DNA of 64,000 nt from Vicugna vicugna. Its lineage: Eukaryota. Below, in pieces: positions 22,851 to 36,640 of the stretch; positions within the stretch are counted from its first letter, which is position 1, and the number at the start of each line of letters is the position of its first letter. Under the pieces are notes generated by a model, which was given only the letters and a program-made list of their open reading frames with translations, was not told where the DNA came from and searched no databases. Both the position numbers and the translations under genes were made by a program. The DNA is taken from positions 1,139,523 to 1,203,522 of the forward strand of contig MU058463.1 in NCBI GenBank assembly GCA_013265495.1, read 5' to 3'.

Positions 22851-24409
22851 TGTGTGTATGGCTTAGGAGTGTAATTAACTCAGGTTTATACACTTGATAC
22901 CGATCTAGGAAAGTAAGATTAGACTAGAAGCCTTCAACCAGATACACAAGATAGAACATAAACAAGTGTAAACTTGATCTTAGGTTATTTGTTGTTGTGG
23001 TTGTTGTTTACCCTATTAGGATGGGAAATATTCGAGTCTCAAATTTCCTGATGACTTTCACTATAAACTGGCTTTTTCCTTTCACTCCTAAAGACAGATC
23101 TTTTCTAGCGCCAAATTCCTTTTCAGTTCATTGCTGTATCTGCTGCTTCACTTCGTATCTCAGGAAGAAACAGTTTGGGGAAAAAAGTCCCCTTAAGCTG
23201 GGCAGAGTAACAAAACAGCTGTGGCTGAATAAGGCAACATCCCATTCAGAAAGCAAATGTCCACCTTCCCTTTTTCTTTTTCTTTTTCACAGTGTTGCAT
23301 ATGTATCATGAGCATAAAGAAAATACTTTATCTGCTCATATATTATTTTTAATTTTACCCAAGAAGAAAAAGTGTTAAGCAGAAGAGTTATTTCAACTTC
23401 AGTTGAAACATATTTCTTATGTTTAGCAGCAACAAAAGAAATAAACACAAGGTCAGAAATACAGTATTTTTGTCTCTGTAACTGGTAAACTACATATTTA
23501 TAGACATAGAAGGCTAAGTCTTCATTTTTACTTCTTTGTCATTAAAAATGATTATAGTAACATGATCAACATAGGTTTAACTCAGGGAAGGAAGACTAAA
23601 TCAAACATAAAACAAAGAAAAATATTATGCTATTAAGCTGACCAGTTATTAGCTCAATGTGATTGTTTCATATGAGAATTTCAGGATAGGTAATTGTAAG
23701 ATTCTCTTTTCCTGAGTTATAGATGTAATCCTGTTCTATAAAATAACTAGTACAGACAATTTTTAACATTGAGTGTTATTGCTAAAAAGTTACTAACCGA
23801 CAGGATCAGATTTTCCAATGCTACATTTTATGTTCAAATTAATAACTACTCAGTTTATCTAAGGAAAAAGTAATAAACATATTTAGAGAATAATTTTATT
23901 TTTGTAGAAGCTCTTTCCCAATCTCTGAAATTAGTCATCTTTCGTGTTGGCTGTGTGAAGCCCAGAGTATGATTATACCAATAGTCAGGAATAAAAACAG
24001 TGTTTCTCTTCCACTGAACTGAGGAGTAAACACATGAAGCCCATTTTTCAAACATATTCCCCTCTTCAATAAAGGCATGTGCCATGATGGGAAAGACAAA
24101 GAACAAAGCCATAATTAAAAAGATTTGCTGGAAAGAACTCTACTGATGTTCTGCTAAGGGTGAGCTACCATTGCACCACACACAAACTGATATCAACTCA
24201 TATTTTCAATGTGTTTAATATATAGTAACTCACTGAAACTTCATAACAGCCATAAGAAATGGGAAGGGAGCCTTTTTTATTTTGATGTTACAGATGATTC
24301 TAATCATTTGTGACCCTTTCAGTGTTCCAAATAGTAAGTCCCAAAACTCGGGCTCAATTATATTTCTTCTGACTCCAGAGACCAACCATGATGTGCACAG
24401 TCTCATGTT

Positions 24410-24760
24410 TAAACTAGCCATCCTGAAGTGAGAAGAAATCATGAAAAAGAGTAAGAAGGTATAGACTGTACAGGCAAAAATAGTAATTAGACAAATTACA
24501 TAAAACATCACACAACTGAAGGACTTACAAGGACACAGGGGGTCATTATAGAATTTAAAGTAGAGAAAAAATATGTAAAAGCCATGTTTTAGGAAGATTA
24601 ATCCGATAGAACTGTATCAAATGGATTGAAATGGAAAGAATTTAAATCAAAGAGAATGAGAAATTAATGCGATCATCCTGGTATGAGATAAGAATCTGCC
24701 TCCTGGCAAAGACAAGCCAATTAATGAGAAAGACGCAGAATCCAGATATATTTTAATTAA
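24410..24760 (-). mobile_element. L2 fragment
   Basis: atgttttaggaagattaatc...atggattgaaatgga...atcatcctggtatgagat. Confidence 0.55.
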
Positions 24761-25164
24761 AAGTGTAGTGGAATTAGGGAATTAATATAAGCAGGTTAAT
24801 AAAATGTGGTAAGGATAATTATATGTGAAATTTTTTTTAATTGCTGAGGTAATATTAAAAATAATGCTTTAGTTATGCTTAAAATGGTTAATTATTAAAC
24901 TTTTTGTCCAAAGAAAATATTAATAGATTAATAATCATTTTCCATTTAAAAAAGTATTAAAGAGATGAGCTGGTGAAAGACCTATAAATAGAATCATTAA
25001 AATAAAACAAACAGGAAAAAAGCATTTCAACAAATAGGGTAGGGCATGCTCAGTAATGGTTAGAAAGTTGTTGATTTGGTAAACAAAGTGAAAAAAAAAG
25101 AAAACAGAATTTCAGGTTTAATGAATAAATGTACAACTTAATACTTGGAAAAGATTACTTTTTT

Positions 25165-26274
25165 ATTATTGACATATAATTGATATTAGTTGAGATGTAT
25201 TAATTGAGATATCATAGATATAATATTAGGTGTACAACATAATGATTTGATATTTGTATTCACTGAAAAATGATCACCACAATAAAGTCTAAGGTATCCT
25301 TTGATGCCATACAAAGTTACAAAGTATGCCATGCAATATTATCAATTGTAGTCACCATGGGGTGTGTTATATCTGCATGACATTCATGACTGGAATTTTC
25401 TACCTCTTGACCCCCTTCACTCATTTTACCCACCCCTGATGCCCCTCCCCTCTGGCATCTACCAATTTGTTCTCTGTATATATGAGTTTGGATTTCTTTT
25501 GATGCCTCCAGCTTTATTCATCTTTCTCAAGATTTCTCTGACTATTCAGAATCTTTTGTGATTCTATATACATTTTAGGATTCTTTTATTTCTATGAAAA
25601 ATGCCACTGGAATTTTGTTAGGGATTGCACTGAATCTGTGGATTGCTTTGGGTAATATGGACATTTTAATAATATTAATTCTTCTAATCCATGAGCGCAG
25701 AATATCTATTTGTGCCTTTTTAATTTTCTTTCATGTCATGCAGTTTTCAGTGTACAGGTCTTTCACCTCCTTGATTAAATTTATTCCTAAGTATTTTGTT
25801 CATGTTGATGCAATTGCAAATGGGATTGTTTTCTTAATTTTTTTCCTGATAGTTTGTTATTAACATATAGAAATGTCACAGATTTCTGTATATTGATTTT
25901 GTATCCTGCAACTTTACTGAATTCATTTACTTATTAGTTCAACAGTTTTTTTATGGCATTTTTAGGGTTTTCTAAATATAAAATCATGTCTGTCCAAAAA
26001 TAGTAACACTTTTGCTTCTACCCTGCCAGTTTGGATTCATTTTATTTCTTTTTCTTGCCTAAATGCTCCAGCTAGCACTTCCAACACTAAGTGGAATGAA
26101 AGTGTTGAGAGTGGGCATTCTTGCCTTGTTCCTCAGGAAAAGCTTTCAGCTTTTCACTGTTTAGTATGATATTTCACAAACATGTGGCAATTAAACAATA
26201 TGCTACTGAACAACTAATGGGTCAGCCAAAGAAATTAAAAGAGAAATTTTTAAATATTTTGATACAAATGGAGG
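25165..26274 (-). mobile_element. L1 (L1MA9-like 3' end) with internal deletion and 5' inversion
   Basis: Antisense 3'UTR at 25165-~25497, antisense mid-ORF2 at ~25498-26170, sense ORF2 piece at ~26171-26272; TSD agattactttttt (25152-25164) / aggttactttttt (26275-26287). Confidence 0.85.
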
Positions 26275-26354
26275 AGGTTACTTTTTTGGGATGAGTCTAT
26301 GAGTGATCTTCCACTGATATTGATATTCACTGTGCATAGTTTTTGGTTTGGAGT

Positions 26355-26485
26355 TTTTTAAATTGTGGTAGAATATGCACAAAGATTTACCACTTCAGCT
26401 ACTTTAAAGTATACAATTTAGTTTTAAAATTGGCATCATCATCTAATTCCAGAAATGTCGTCACCACAAAAAAAAACCCCATAAT
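26355..26485 (-). mobile_element. Short old L1 3'-end fragment (L1MB-like)
   Basis: tttaaattgtggtagaatatgcac...tttaaagtatacaattta...ctaattccagaa. Confidence 0.55.
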
Positions 26486-27095
26486 TAGATATTTCTACTT
26501 ATAGTAATTAATTACTTTTAAAAAGTGGTAGAAATTTATAGGATTAGTGTAACACCTATATGTTAGACTTTTAAGGAAATCTTTCAATTGAGTAAACTAT
26601 CTAGAAGTCCATAATTTAATATATAATTTATTTTTCATATGCTTTGCAAAACTAAAATCACTATATGATAAAGCAATTATTTACTGAATAAGTCTAGGAA
26701 ACAGTAGTCAAAAGGAAAACATGTTGTTTGATGAATATGAACTGAGTATGTGACTTCATAAGGAAACCATGTGATCATTAATCAAGATGATTCTATACAT
26801 GATTATTCCTTGCATATAATCTAAAAAATATATAACAACCGAGAATAATATCATGCAAGTATCTGGGAGTGTATATACAGGAATAATTGAAGTGTGCATA
26901 AAACAACTTTCAGGGATGTGGTTGAGAGCATTTCATAAATAGAGGACCATTTTGATGGGAAACTTATGACTCAAATGATAATTTTTGCCTTCTGTCATTT
27001 TCTTATATTTTTAAATAACAATGAAGGTGACCATATAAAGAGGTTCTAAGAAAACAACTGAACTAAATGTTTGCAGAACAAATTTAATCTAATTA

Positions 27096-29352
27096 CAGGC
27101 ATACCTTGTTTAACTGTACTTCACTTTCTTACACTTCATGGATACTGTGGGGTTTTTTTTCTGTTTGTTTTTTGTTGTTGTTTTTTTGTTTTGTTTTTTT
27201 GTTTTTGTTTTTTTACAAATTGAGGTTTTGTAGCAACCCTGAATCGAGCAAGTCTATTGGCCCCATTTTTCCAACAGCATTTGCTCACTTCATGTCTCTG
27301 TGTCACAGTATGGTGATTCTCACATTTCAATGTTTTTCATTACTGTTATATTTGTTACGGTGATCTGTGATCAGCGACCTTTCATGTCACTATTGTAGTT
27401 GTTCTGAGGTGATATAAATCACACATATATTAGACAGAAAACTTAATGTGTGTTCTCTGACTGCTCTACCAACTGGCTATTCCCTTCTCCCCCTCATCTT
27501 GGCCTCCCTGTTCCCAGAGACACAACAATATTGAAATTAAGCCAATTAATAATCCTACAATGGCATCTAAGTGTTCAGGTAGAGGAAAGAAAGAGTTGCA
27601 CGGCCCTCACTTTTGTCAAAAGCTAGAAATGATTAAGCTTAGCAAGAAGGCATATTGAAAGCCAAGACAGACTGAAAGCTAGGTCTCTCACGCCAAACAG
27701 CAAAACTGTGAATAAAATTAAAGGTGCTATTCCAGTGAACGCAGGGATGACAAGAAAGCAAAATGGCCTTATTGCTGATATGGATAACATTTTAGTGGTC
27801 TGGATAGAAGATCAAACCAGCCACAACATTCCTTTAAACCAAAGCCTAATTCAAAGAAAAGCCCTAACTCTCCTCAATTCCATGAGGGCTGTGAGAGAAG
27901 AGGAAGTTGCAGAAGAAAAGTTTGAGTAGCAGAGGTTAGTTCAGGATGTTCAAGGAAAGACGCCATCTCCCTAACAAAAACAAGTGCAAAGTGAGGCAGC
28001 AAGTACTAATGTAAAAGCTGCAGAAGGTTATTCAGAGGACCTAGGTAGATAATTAATGAAGGTGGCTAAACTAAACGGAGTTTCAGTGCAGACGAAACAG
28101 TCTTAAAATGGAAAACGCCATAAGATTTTCATAGCTAGAAAGGCGAAGTCAACAGCTAGCTTCAAAGTATAGGCTGACTCTCTTGTTAGGGGCCAATGCA
28201 GCTGGCGACTAAGTGAAAGCCAATGTTCATTTACCATCCTGAAATCCTAGGGTTCTTAAGAATTATGCTAAATCTACTCTGCCTGTGCTCTATAAGTGGA
28301 ACAAAGCCTGGATGACAGCACATCTGTTTACAACATGATTTCCTGAATATTAAGCCCAGTGTTGAGACCTAGTATTCGGGACAAAAAAAAAAAAAAAGAT
28401 TTCAAAATAATGCTGTTGTTTCAAAATGCTGACAATGTACCTCATCACCCAAGAGCTCTAATGTAGACGTACAGTGAGATTAATGTTATCTTCATGCCTA
28501 CTAATACAACATCCATTCTGCAGCCCATGGATCAAGGACTAATTTTGACTTTCAAGTCTTATTATTTAAGAAATACATTCTATAAGGCTGTAGTTGCCAT
28601 AGATAGTGATTCCTCTAGTGGATCTGGGAAAAGTAAATTTAAAACCTTCCGGAAAGGATTCACCATTTTATAAATGTCATTAAGAACGTTCATGATTCAT
28701 CAGAAGAGGTAAAAATATCAACATTAAGAGGAATTTGGAAGAAGTTGATTCCAACCCTCATGGATGACTTTGAGGGGTTCAGGACTTCAGTGGAGGAAGT
28801 AGCTGCAGATGTGAAAATAGCAAGGGAACTAGAATTAGAAGTGGAGCCTGAAGATGTAACTAAATTTGCTGCAATCTCATGATAAAACTTCAACAGATGA
28901 GGAGCTGCTTCTGATGGATGAGCAAAGAAAGTGGTTTCACAAGATGGAATCTACTCCTGGTGAAGATACTGTGAAAATTTTCAAAATAACAGCAAAGGGT
29001 TTAGAATATTACATAAGCTTAGTTGATAAAGCAATGACAGGGTTTGAGAACACTGACTCCAATTTTGAAAGAAGTTCTACTGTGGGTAAAATGCTTTCAA
29101 ACAGCATTGCATGCTACAGTGAAACTGTTCATGAAAGAAGAGTCAATCAGTGAAGTGGTAAGCTTCCTTGTTTTCTTATTTTAAGAAATTGCCACAGTAA
29201 CCCCAGTTTTCAGCAACTACCACTGTGATTCGTCAGCAGTGATCAACATCGAGGCAAGACCACCCACTGGCAAAAAGATTACAACTCACTGAAGGCTCAG
29301 ATGATGGTTAGCAATTTTTTTTAGCAATAAAGTATTTGTTAATTAAGGTATG
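27096..29352 (+). mobile_element. Tigger1 (TcMar/pogo) DNA transposon, nearly full length, right terminus missing
   Basis: TA + left terminal inverted repeat (TIR) caggcatacct; tacaaattgaggttttgtagcaaccctg..tcgagcaagtctattgg; decayed transposase; similarity ends at aattaaggtatg. Confidence 0.95.
27560..29330 (+). pseudogene. Tigger1 transposase (CENP-B-like HTH + DDE), disrupted
   Basis: ATG at 27560; fragments [50 protein letters not shown] and [23 protein letters not shown]; many stops and frameshifts. Confidence 0.9.
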
Positions 29353-29714
29353 AAGTAACAGAAAAATTTTTCTGCTCTTTAGAACTTAAGATAATTACTC
29401 AGAATTTTTATTGTCTCTTTAAACAATCACTTGTCAAGATATTCATTTAGTGTAACCTGTAGTAACAACAATACCTTTTGGATTTTTCTTACAGAAAACT
29501 AATCCAGGGAAAAAAATAACCAATAAAATACTAACTTCCATAACTTTCAGGAGAGTAAAAGCAAATATATATAACTGAATTATTTGGTCTATTCAGATAA
29601 ATAGAAGTACTTAAAAATTTTTGTACACCATTGCTCTTTTGCATATGGTTTCTGTGTTGCCTTATCTTTTACTTCAAATTTAAATTTCCTCATGTTCCTT
29701 TGGATAAATATGAG

Positions 29715-29845
29715 TATACGTATGCATTTACTTATGTATGTATATGTATGTATGTATATATATCTATATGTATCGTTGTGTTTGTGTATATATACATTTT
29801 ATATATTTTTGTGTATCTGTGTTATCTAGTTCTATTTATCTATCT
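29715..29845. repeat. (TATG/TA)n low-complexity tract
   Basis: tatgtatgtatatgtatgtatgtatatatatctatatg... Confidence 0.75.
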
Positions 29846-32800
29846 GCGATAGAATACCTATTAGTGTTCTATCTGGACTTGTCTTTTTATGTTATGTGCT
29901 GTGATACCAGTGTAGGACAATAAATTTTAGATAGCATTTGAAACGAAAATTTGATTGATGCATTTATTTTGTTGTCAAGTGCATGGTATTCTCTACCAAA
30001 AACATGTATTTGACTTTATTTAAAGTATTTACTTTTAAAATATTTTATTTCATTTTAATATAGAGAAATTCAAAAGAAAAGATGATGAACCCATAAAGTT
30101 AAAATGTAAAAAGCAATTTAATCCTTTAAAATAGTAATAAGGAAATTCAACAGTTTGCAGATGAAAAATATTAGCCTGAATATGGTAATTTTCAAATATT
30201 ATGATGGTAATTTAGGCATAAACAGATTATTTATAATCTTGGTCACAAAAATACATATTATCATTGTAATATAATTGGTTAAGCATAATCTGGGATTTTT
30301 CAGTACTTTAAAAATATCCATTAAACTCTAACATATAATCAGAAAGATACAAACATCTAATAATTCTTAGGAAAATAAATCTTCAGAAAAGCTTGGTCAA
30401 ATGAAACAAAGAAATCTAGCTTTCAAGTGTTCCCTCTTCCTTGTGCTTATTCTTTAAAAATAAGAAGACATTTTTAACAATGTGCTGCCAGATTAATAAA
30501 ATACTTGAGTTGGCACAAGTCCTAACCCGAGAGAACCGTGATGATAAAATATGGATTAAAGATTATTTTGCCTTCTTAAATCCTGTATTAATCACATTGT
30601 CTAAAATTAGAAAGGGAGAGAATATTATTGATAAGAAGTTTAAACATGCATGAAATCTAATTTTATGCCTTTAAATTAGACAAGATTAAGTGTCATGTTT
30701 ATTAAACATTGAATAAACTATTAATTACGGATAGCATGCTGAAAGCTTTGGAGTGCTTTTCAAGTCAGGAATGACTTTGCCTGTTTACAGGATGACAATT
30801 GCCTTTTGCATCTTTGAAACAATCACTAAACCAAGTTTTAAACATGAATGAACTAACAAACCACAAAGAGTACAAAGTATTAAAAAGTCTACACATTTCT
30901 TTTAAAATAGACCTCGTTTATATGGAAAGGAATTAAGGGAATTAGAAATATTAGTATTAAAAAGGTCTAAACTAATAATAGATTACAGAAAACCAGCACT
31001 GACAACATCTGGTTAAAAAAATAACCATCCAAAATAGAAAGCACTGTTTTGGCTATGTAGAATGCTGGATTCTATAAGAAAACTCATAAAATATGCACAC
31101 AATGATTTAAATTTTTTACACTTTATTTCTCCAGAGAGTAGAAAATCAGAACACTGACTCTCCTGAGCCACTTGGGAACACCACATGCAGTCATGAACTA
31201 AGGTCTCAAAAATTGTACCCAGCGCTGTGTAACAATAGACAAAAATGTCAGAATAGAATAGCACATTTCTTAATATTCTTACAGTAAAAGCTGTATTCTC
31301 TAATCATTATATTTTAAGCTTTTTTCTTTGTTTTGAAAAATAAGTAAAAACCAGTACTTGTACTCTAGTTTTTTTTTTTTTTTTTAATTTTCTCCTTTAC
31401 CTCATTCTGCCCCCCAGTTTGGTGAGACTAGTTTATTTAATCCTTCTCCAAAGATTATTGCTTCCCAAACTATTCATTTTGAAGGTACAGAATAAGACAA
31501 TGCTATGAGTCATAATACTTTGAGTTTTATCTGTGGTGTTCAGAGTTTTGATACTGTATCATACTATATCATTTCCTTTCCGGTAAAAACTGAAACCCTA
31601 GTTCACCCTGGTTCTTAACAACAAATCTAATCCCCAAGGAAGAATTTCATCCAGCTTTCTCAAGGTAAGCTATTGGCCTAAAAGATTAATATATCCACTT
31701 GTACTCTAGAATTGTGATCACTGGAAAAAATACTTATCTAGACTCTTGATATATTGATAAAAACATGATTGGGCATATGAATTAGATATAGTGTGTTTTC
31801 ATGGTGGTGTTTCATACTTGAAGCCAAAAGATCACTATAAAATACTAATGAGGTAGAAAAAAATCTTATTACCAGTTGTTATCAATCATGATTAATATTT
31901 GTGTGAAAACATATTAAAAAGGACTGCTCTGCCTTATCTCTACTGAAGACTGAAGTATTAAATCTACGGATGAACTAAGGAAGTGCATGTTAATCCTATT
32001 CTAACACATGAACAAAGTTGATTTTTAAAAATTGTTTCAGAATGTTTTAAAGGGCAAATTGGTATCATTGAGTCCTGAAGGAATTTAAATTGACATAGCA
32101 ACATGGCTCACATGTTAATGTTAGACTCAATGTCTTATACTTCTTTTGGTTAGTGTCAATATTAAAATTCTTCAAGCAAGTTAAATTCTTCTTTTGAGAA
32201 ATTTAATGACTCCTTGTCTGCATAAACTCTTAACAGTCTTAAGGTTCCACTTATAAGACCACTTATTTGGTCTATCAATCTTAATTGTGACCTGAGGAGT
32301 TGTTTCATAAGTAAGAATTTTTGTTTAATAATATGTAATTTGGATAAGGGTGTTTTCTTTTGTTTCACGGTTGGTTGTATTTTCACTAATGAAATAGTTC
32401 AGATTCTTATTTTCTGTTTTATTTTTATAGTAGTAGTTTATGGATGTTCTACTTTTTCTTTATTTTGTAATGTGTTATTTTTATCAATCAGTGTTGACAT
32501 TTATATGCAGGCAGGGATGAGGGCTACCAACTTTCATCCCTAAGGGTCCCTGTTACATCACTACTCATTTTACACTCACTGAAACCATTGTAATAGAATG
32601 TTTCATAAAACACCCCAAATCTCTTTCATCTAAATGATTTTTTTTTTACTGATGAGAAGGTGTTACTTTCTAAGCCATAATAAACAAATATTTTATACAA
32701 ATAGAATGTTCTCTCTATATATATGACTTAAATACATGTTTAGAAAATAGTGGAGCATCATTCTTGTACATCTTAGAAGGTAATATTTACTATAATAAAC

Positions 32801-33359
32801 TCAATAAGAAAGCTAAACACATACTCTATTTTACCAATGTATGTCTTACATTTAAAACAGGACAATTACAAATAATCCAATAAATAATATAAAGTATAAA
32901 CTTCCTTAATTTTTTCCAAATAACATTAGAATTTTAAGTCATAGTATTGTACCTAATATGTGCCTAAAAACTTACATAGCAAAGAAAGAATGAGTCAACA
33001 TCGGCTTACTCACTAATGACTAAGCATTTATTTTTTTACATACTTCATTTTAGACTTGGTGTAGGCAGTACAGGGATGACTAAATCATAAAGCTTGCTAA
33101 GTGAATTAGTATTTTTCTTCTACAGGCTTCTAGATTCATCCTTTAATTTAAATATAATCTGTACTTTTTAAAAGATAATTAAAATACAATATATATCAGC
33201 ATAGGAAAGAACACAGGGTAAAGAAAATATGAACTCTGTTAAGCAGCTTGAAAGAACTTCAGTCACATTTTTGGAGGTCAAACCAAGGTTAACCATGACT
33301 CTGAAAACTTTCTATTAATGCCTTGATTAATGACAGGGCACTGTCAAGACTCTGATGTT

Positions 33360-33780
33360 CACCCATTCTTTCAGCCATCCATGTATTTATTTAAGAACAA
33401 AAAATTATCTGGCAGGCAAATTCCTAGAAGCTGGCAATGAAAATGCATAAGACTTTTTTAGCCTAGTTGGTAATCTAATAATAACATTATAGTGTGGTAA
33501 AAGTTATGAGAGATGAATGCACAGGACAATGTGCTGACAAGGACTAGCACACATCAGAGAGAGGCTTAGCTAAGCCAAGTCTTGGGCTAAATCATGACAA
33601 AAAAAAAAAAATAGGAATTAATCCAAGCAGATGGAGAAGTGGCAAGAAAAGGTATGACATTCCAAAGAGAGGGAAGAAATTCAGAAGACAGAAGTGAGAA
33701 GAAATATGGCCAGTTCAGGAAATCAGAATCATTTTGCCATGCTTTAAGGGTAGAGCACATAATGAGATTGAGCAGAACGT
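33360..33780 (-). mobile_element. L2 3' region
   Basis: catccatgtatttatt...taggaattaatccaagcaga...cattccaaagagagggaag...gaagtgagaagaaatatggccagttcaggaa. Confidence 0.65.
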
Positions 33781-34319
33781 AGTACCTCCTTCAAGGATGC
33801 TTCACTCTGCTTATTTTGAGGTTGGCCACCAGCACTTTCTACTCCACCTCGCTGGGTAATTTTCCTTCAGGAGGCTCATCGCCCTCCCCTGCAACTACAT
33901 CCTATTCACAGCCACCCTTTACCGATGTCCCAGGATTTCCCTGACTTTGTCATTCAGGATGCCTATTTAGGCTGTCAGTTTGTTCCCTCTCAACGACAAA
34001 ACATTGCAGAGATCTTAGAAAATGATGACCTTAATTGGTCACAGATAGTTTTGTTAAATCATAATTCTAGAACAGTAAGTGTCTTCTTGAAATGCTTATG
34101 CCCCTCTGAAGATAATGATTTGTTTATCCTTTCAAACCGAAAAAAAAAAAAAAGAGTTGCGCTTTTGGTTTAAGTATAAGACAAATCAAAGTACCCAAGT
34201 ATGGTATGTTCAGTGTTACCTCCATATACCAAAATCGTTTAACTTATTTAAATAAATATTAGAGGTGAGTCACAGGCTACTCAAAATGATAATATGATTA
34301 CCATTATTATGCCTCTTTT

Positions 34320-34490
34320 AATCTGCACAGACAACCAGTGGATGGATAATAATATTTAATGAATAAGGAAATTGAGGCTCCAAAAGGACAAGGGACTTGA
34401 ATGATGCCCAGCTATTAAATAATAGAGGCAAGAATAAAACCCAGTCCTCTTTGATGACAAAGGCAATTTCTTTCTACTATTATTACATGT
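34320..34490 (-). mobile_element. MIR fragment
   Basis: aataaggaaattgaggctcc...gggacttg...cagctattaaataatagaggcaagaataaaacccagtc. Confidence 0.65.
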
Positions 34491-34769
34491 CTTTATTCCT
34501 TTCCCAAAAACTCTACTGCAAAGCTTGTCCTACAAGTAGGGATTATGATTCTTTCTTTATTTGACTAAATTATTTATTCATTCTTAGCCTAATAATATCT
34601 ATTTATTCCTCTTCTAAATTTGATCCAAAAATGAGGAAAACATTCTGGAAACTAACTGTTTTAAGCTCCTGGCAGAAAAGTTTTAAGAGCCACAATTCTG
34701 GCAAACTTGAGTTAAAAACAAAACACATTTTTTCCCTGCAATTTCTTCAACTATGCGCTGAACATTTGA

Positions 34770-35232
34770 TTCCCTTTCTTTAATAGTACCAGATAGGTTC
34801 ATCCTGCCTCTCCACCTTTGAACCCACACTGATGTTTTCTCAAGGAGTTGGCCTATATAGACTAGCTAGTGATATCTCTTAATCTCTGACATCCAGTCTA
34901 CCTGGCTATTGGGAATCTGAATAGATCAGATCTAGGAGGAAGACTGTAAGGTCAATGTGTTTACTCTTCAGCTCACACTTGACTAAAGGGCTCAGCTGTT
35001 CTTAAAGTGGTCTCTCCACGTGATTCTCCTTTGAGTAATGACTCCTCCCTGTACCCTTCAGGTTTGAGGTGGTAACAGTCCTATTTTCGTTATCCAGATG
35101 AATGTAATATCCTTGTACTTTTTTTTTAACCTGTGAACACTCTTGTTAATTATCAGTTTATTAAATTCCCCAGAAATTATGCTAAATTGAATATGTCATC
35201 ATTTTTTTTTCTTAGGGACTTGACGGATAAAA
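34770..35232 (+). mobile_element. ERV-L solo LTR (LTR33-like)
   Basis: cccttcaggtttgaggtggtaacag...tttattaaattcccc.gaaattatgctaaattgaatatgtcatc...tagggacttgacggata. Confidence 0.7.
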
Positions 35233-36199
35233 ATGACATGGCAGAAAGTCTCAAACTTTCTGACTAGTTTGTTCTGTTAAAGTCTTCTCTGTTTAGTTAA
35301 CTACAAATCGTTTATCCTGATACGTGTTAGGTGGGGAAGAAAGAAAACGGAAGAGGACCAGAACTCTTCTCCAGTAGTGTCATAGTTTATTCTTGGTTGA
35401 CATTGTTTCCTTGTTTAATACCAACTGACTGTTACAGATGCCAGCTACATACTGGCCCTCGGATGGTGCAAAGGTGTGAAAGCAGAGATCTAACCTGATT
35501 GCACCTCTGATAATCCATATCAGCTCAACCAGCTGGTCACTCTGAACCTTCTTGCTGCTGGGATCTTCTGGCCCAGCAGCTTTCTCAATCTCTAAATGTT
35601 TAGTTGAAGCTCTCCCTACCGCCACTCTTGCAGGATGTTTGGGGAGAAATGCTCAAACCCTATTTTGATGGCTTATAAGCAATGCTTCCTTCTTTGCCTC
35701 AGGCTTTTGTATATGAAGCCTGGAAAAGCAGGTAGACTCACTAGTTTGAGAAGGTGGTTCTTCCCAGATGACTTTCAGCTTTTTTTTTTTTTTGAAGGGG
35801 TATGGGATATTTAAAGCCATTTTGTTTTCATATAGATCTTACTTTCTATTTTTAATGCAATAGATAAAGTCCCCCTTATCATGTGGTTACATCTACAAAA
35901 TAATCTCTCAAGTAGTATTTATTAAACAAAAGACACATACTTCTTTCCAATAATGAGTTATGTAAAGATGATATATGGTAGCCCATTGAGTGTGGTAATT
36001 AATCAAACAGCTAAGAACAAACTGTTTTGTAGCAATATCAGTAGATCAATCTGAATGACATAAGAGTTTATACTTTTAAGATACATTTGAAATGTTAATG
36101 AATTATTTTATGTGTTATCTGTTTAAAACAAATGCATATTTTATCACAAATTGTGGAACTTAATGTCACATTAGTAGTCCACTTCCTACAATGCTTAGA

Positions 36200-36640
36200 A
36201 GATCTAAACTCCTTGACTGATCTCTCCTCTAGCTTGCCACAGTCTCACTGTCACATCATGTTCCAACTATACTAGTGATCCTTTCAGATTATTGAAAGAG
36301 CCAAGTTCTGTCTTCCTGAGATAACTCAGCCTACTTGGAATTCTTTACCTGTAGTGCTGTTAGCTCCAGTGTTTACCTGGCTGGCCCTTAGTCATCTTTC
36401 AGATCTCAACCTATATAGTACCTTTTCAAAGTGGCTTTTCATGATTAATGTGTCCCAAGAAACATCCCACCACTCACATGATTCTCTCACGGAGCTTTCT
36501 GTTTTCTCCCTTTACAGTCCTTATCATTGCTTTTGATAGTACATTACCACATCTTTCAGTGCATTAAACTCCTCTATTTTATTCAACATTGTATCGCTGT
36601 AGTGCCTGCTATGCAAAAGATGTTCAAAAAGTGCCTGATG
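36200..36640 (+). mobile_element. L2 3' region
   Basis: tctaaactccttg...ctttcagatctcaacctata...gtagtgcctgctatgcaaaagatgttcaaaaagtg. Confidence 0.55.

Noticed and set aside
23855..24112. 85-aa minus-strand ORF with a hydrophobic start
   Set aside because: No recognisable homology or exon context; length is compatible with chance.
24886..24900. HNF1-like palindrome, plus scattered AP-1 (TGACTCA) sites elsewhere
   Set aside because: Expected by chance in very AT-rich DNA; no clustering evidence.
31120..31210. Possible + strand exon after the acceptor tttctccag
   Set aside because: Weak donor (ag|gtctca) and an unrecognised peptide.
35380..35625. 81-aa minus-strand ORF and a 9-bp hairpin (gctgctggg...cccagcagc)
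   Set aside because: Non-ATG start and no known family; the hairpin is too short to support a miRNA or terminator.
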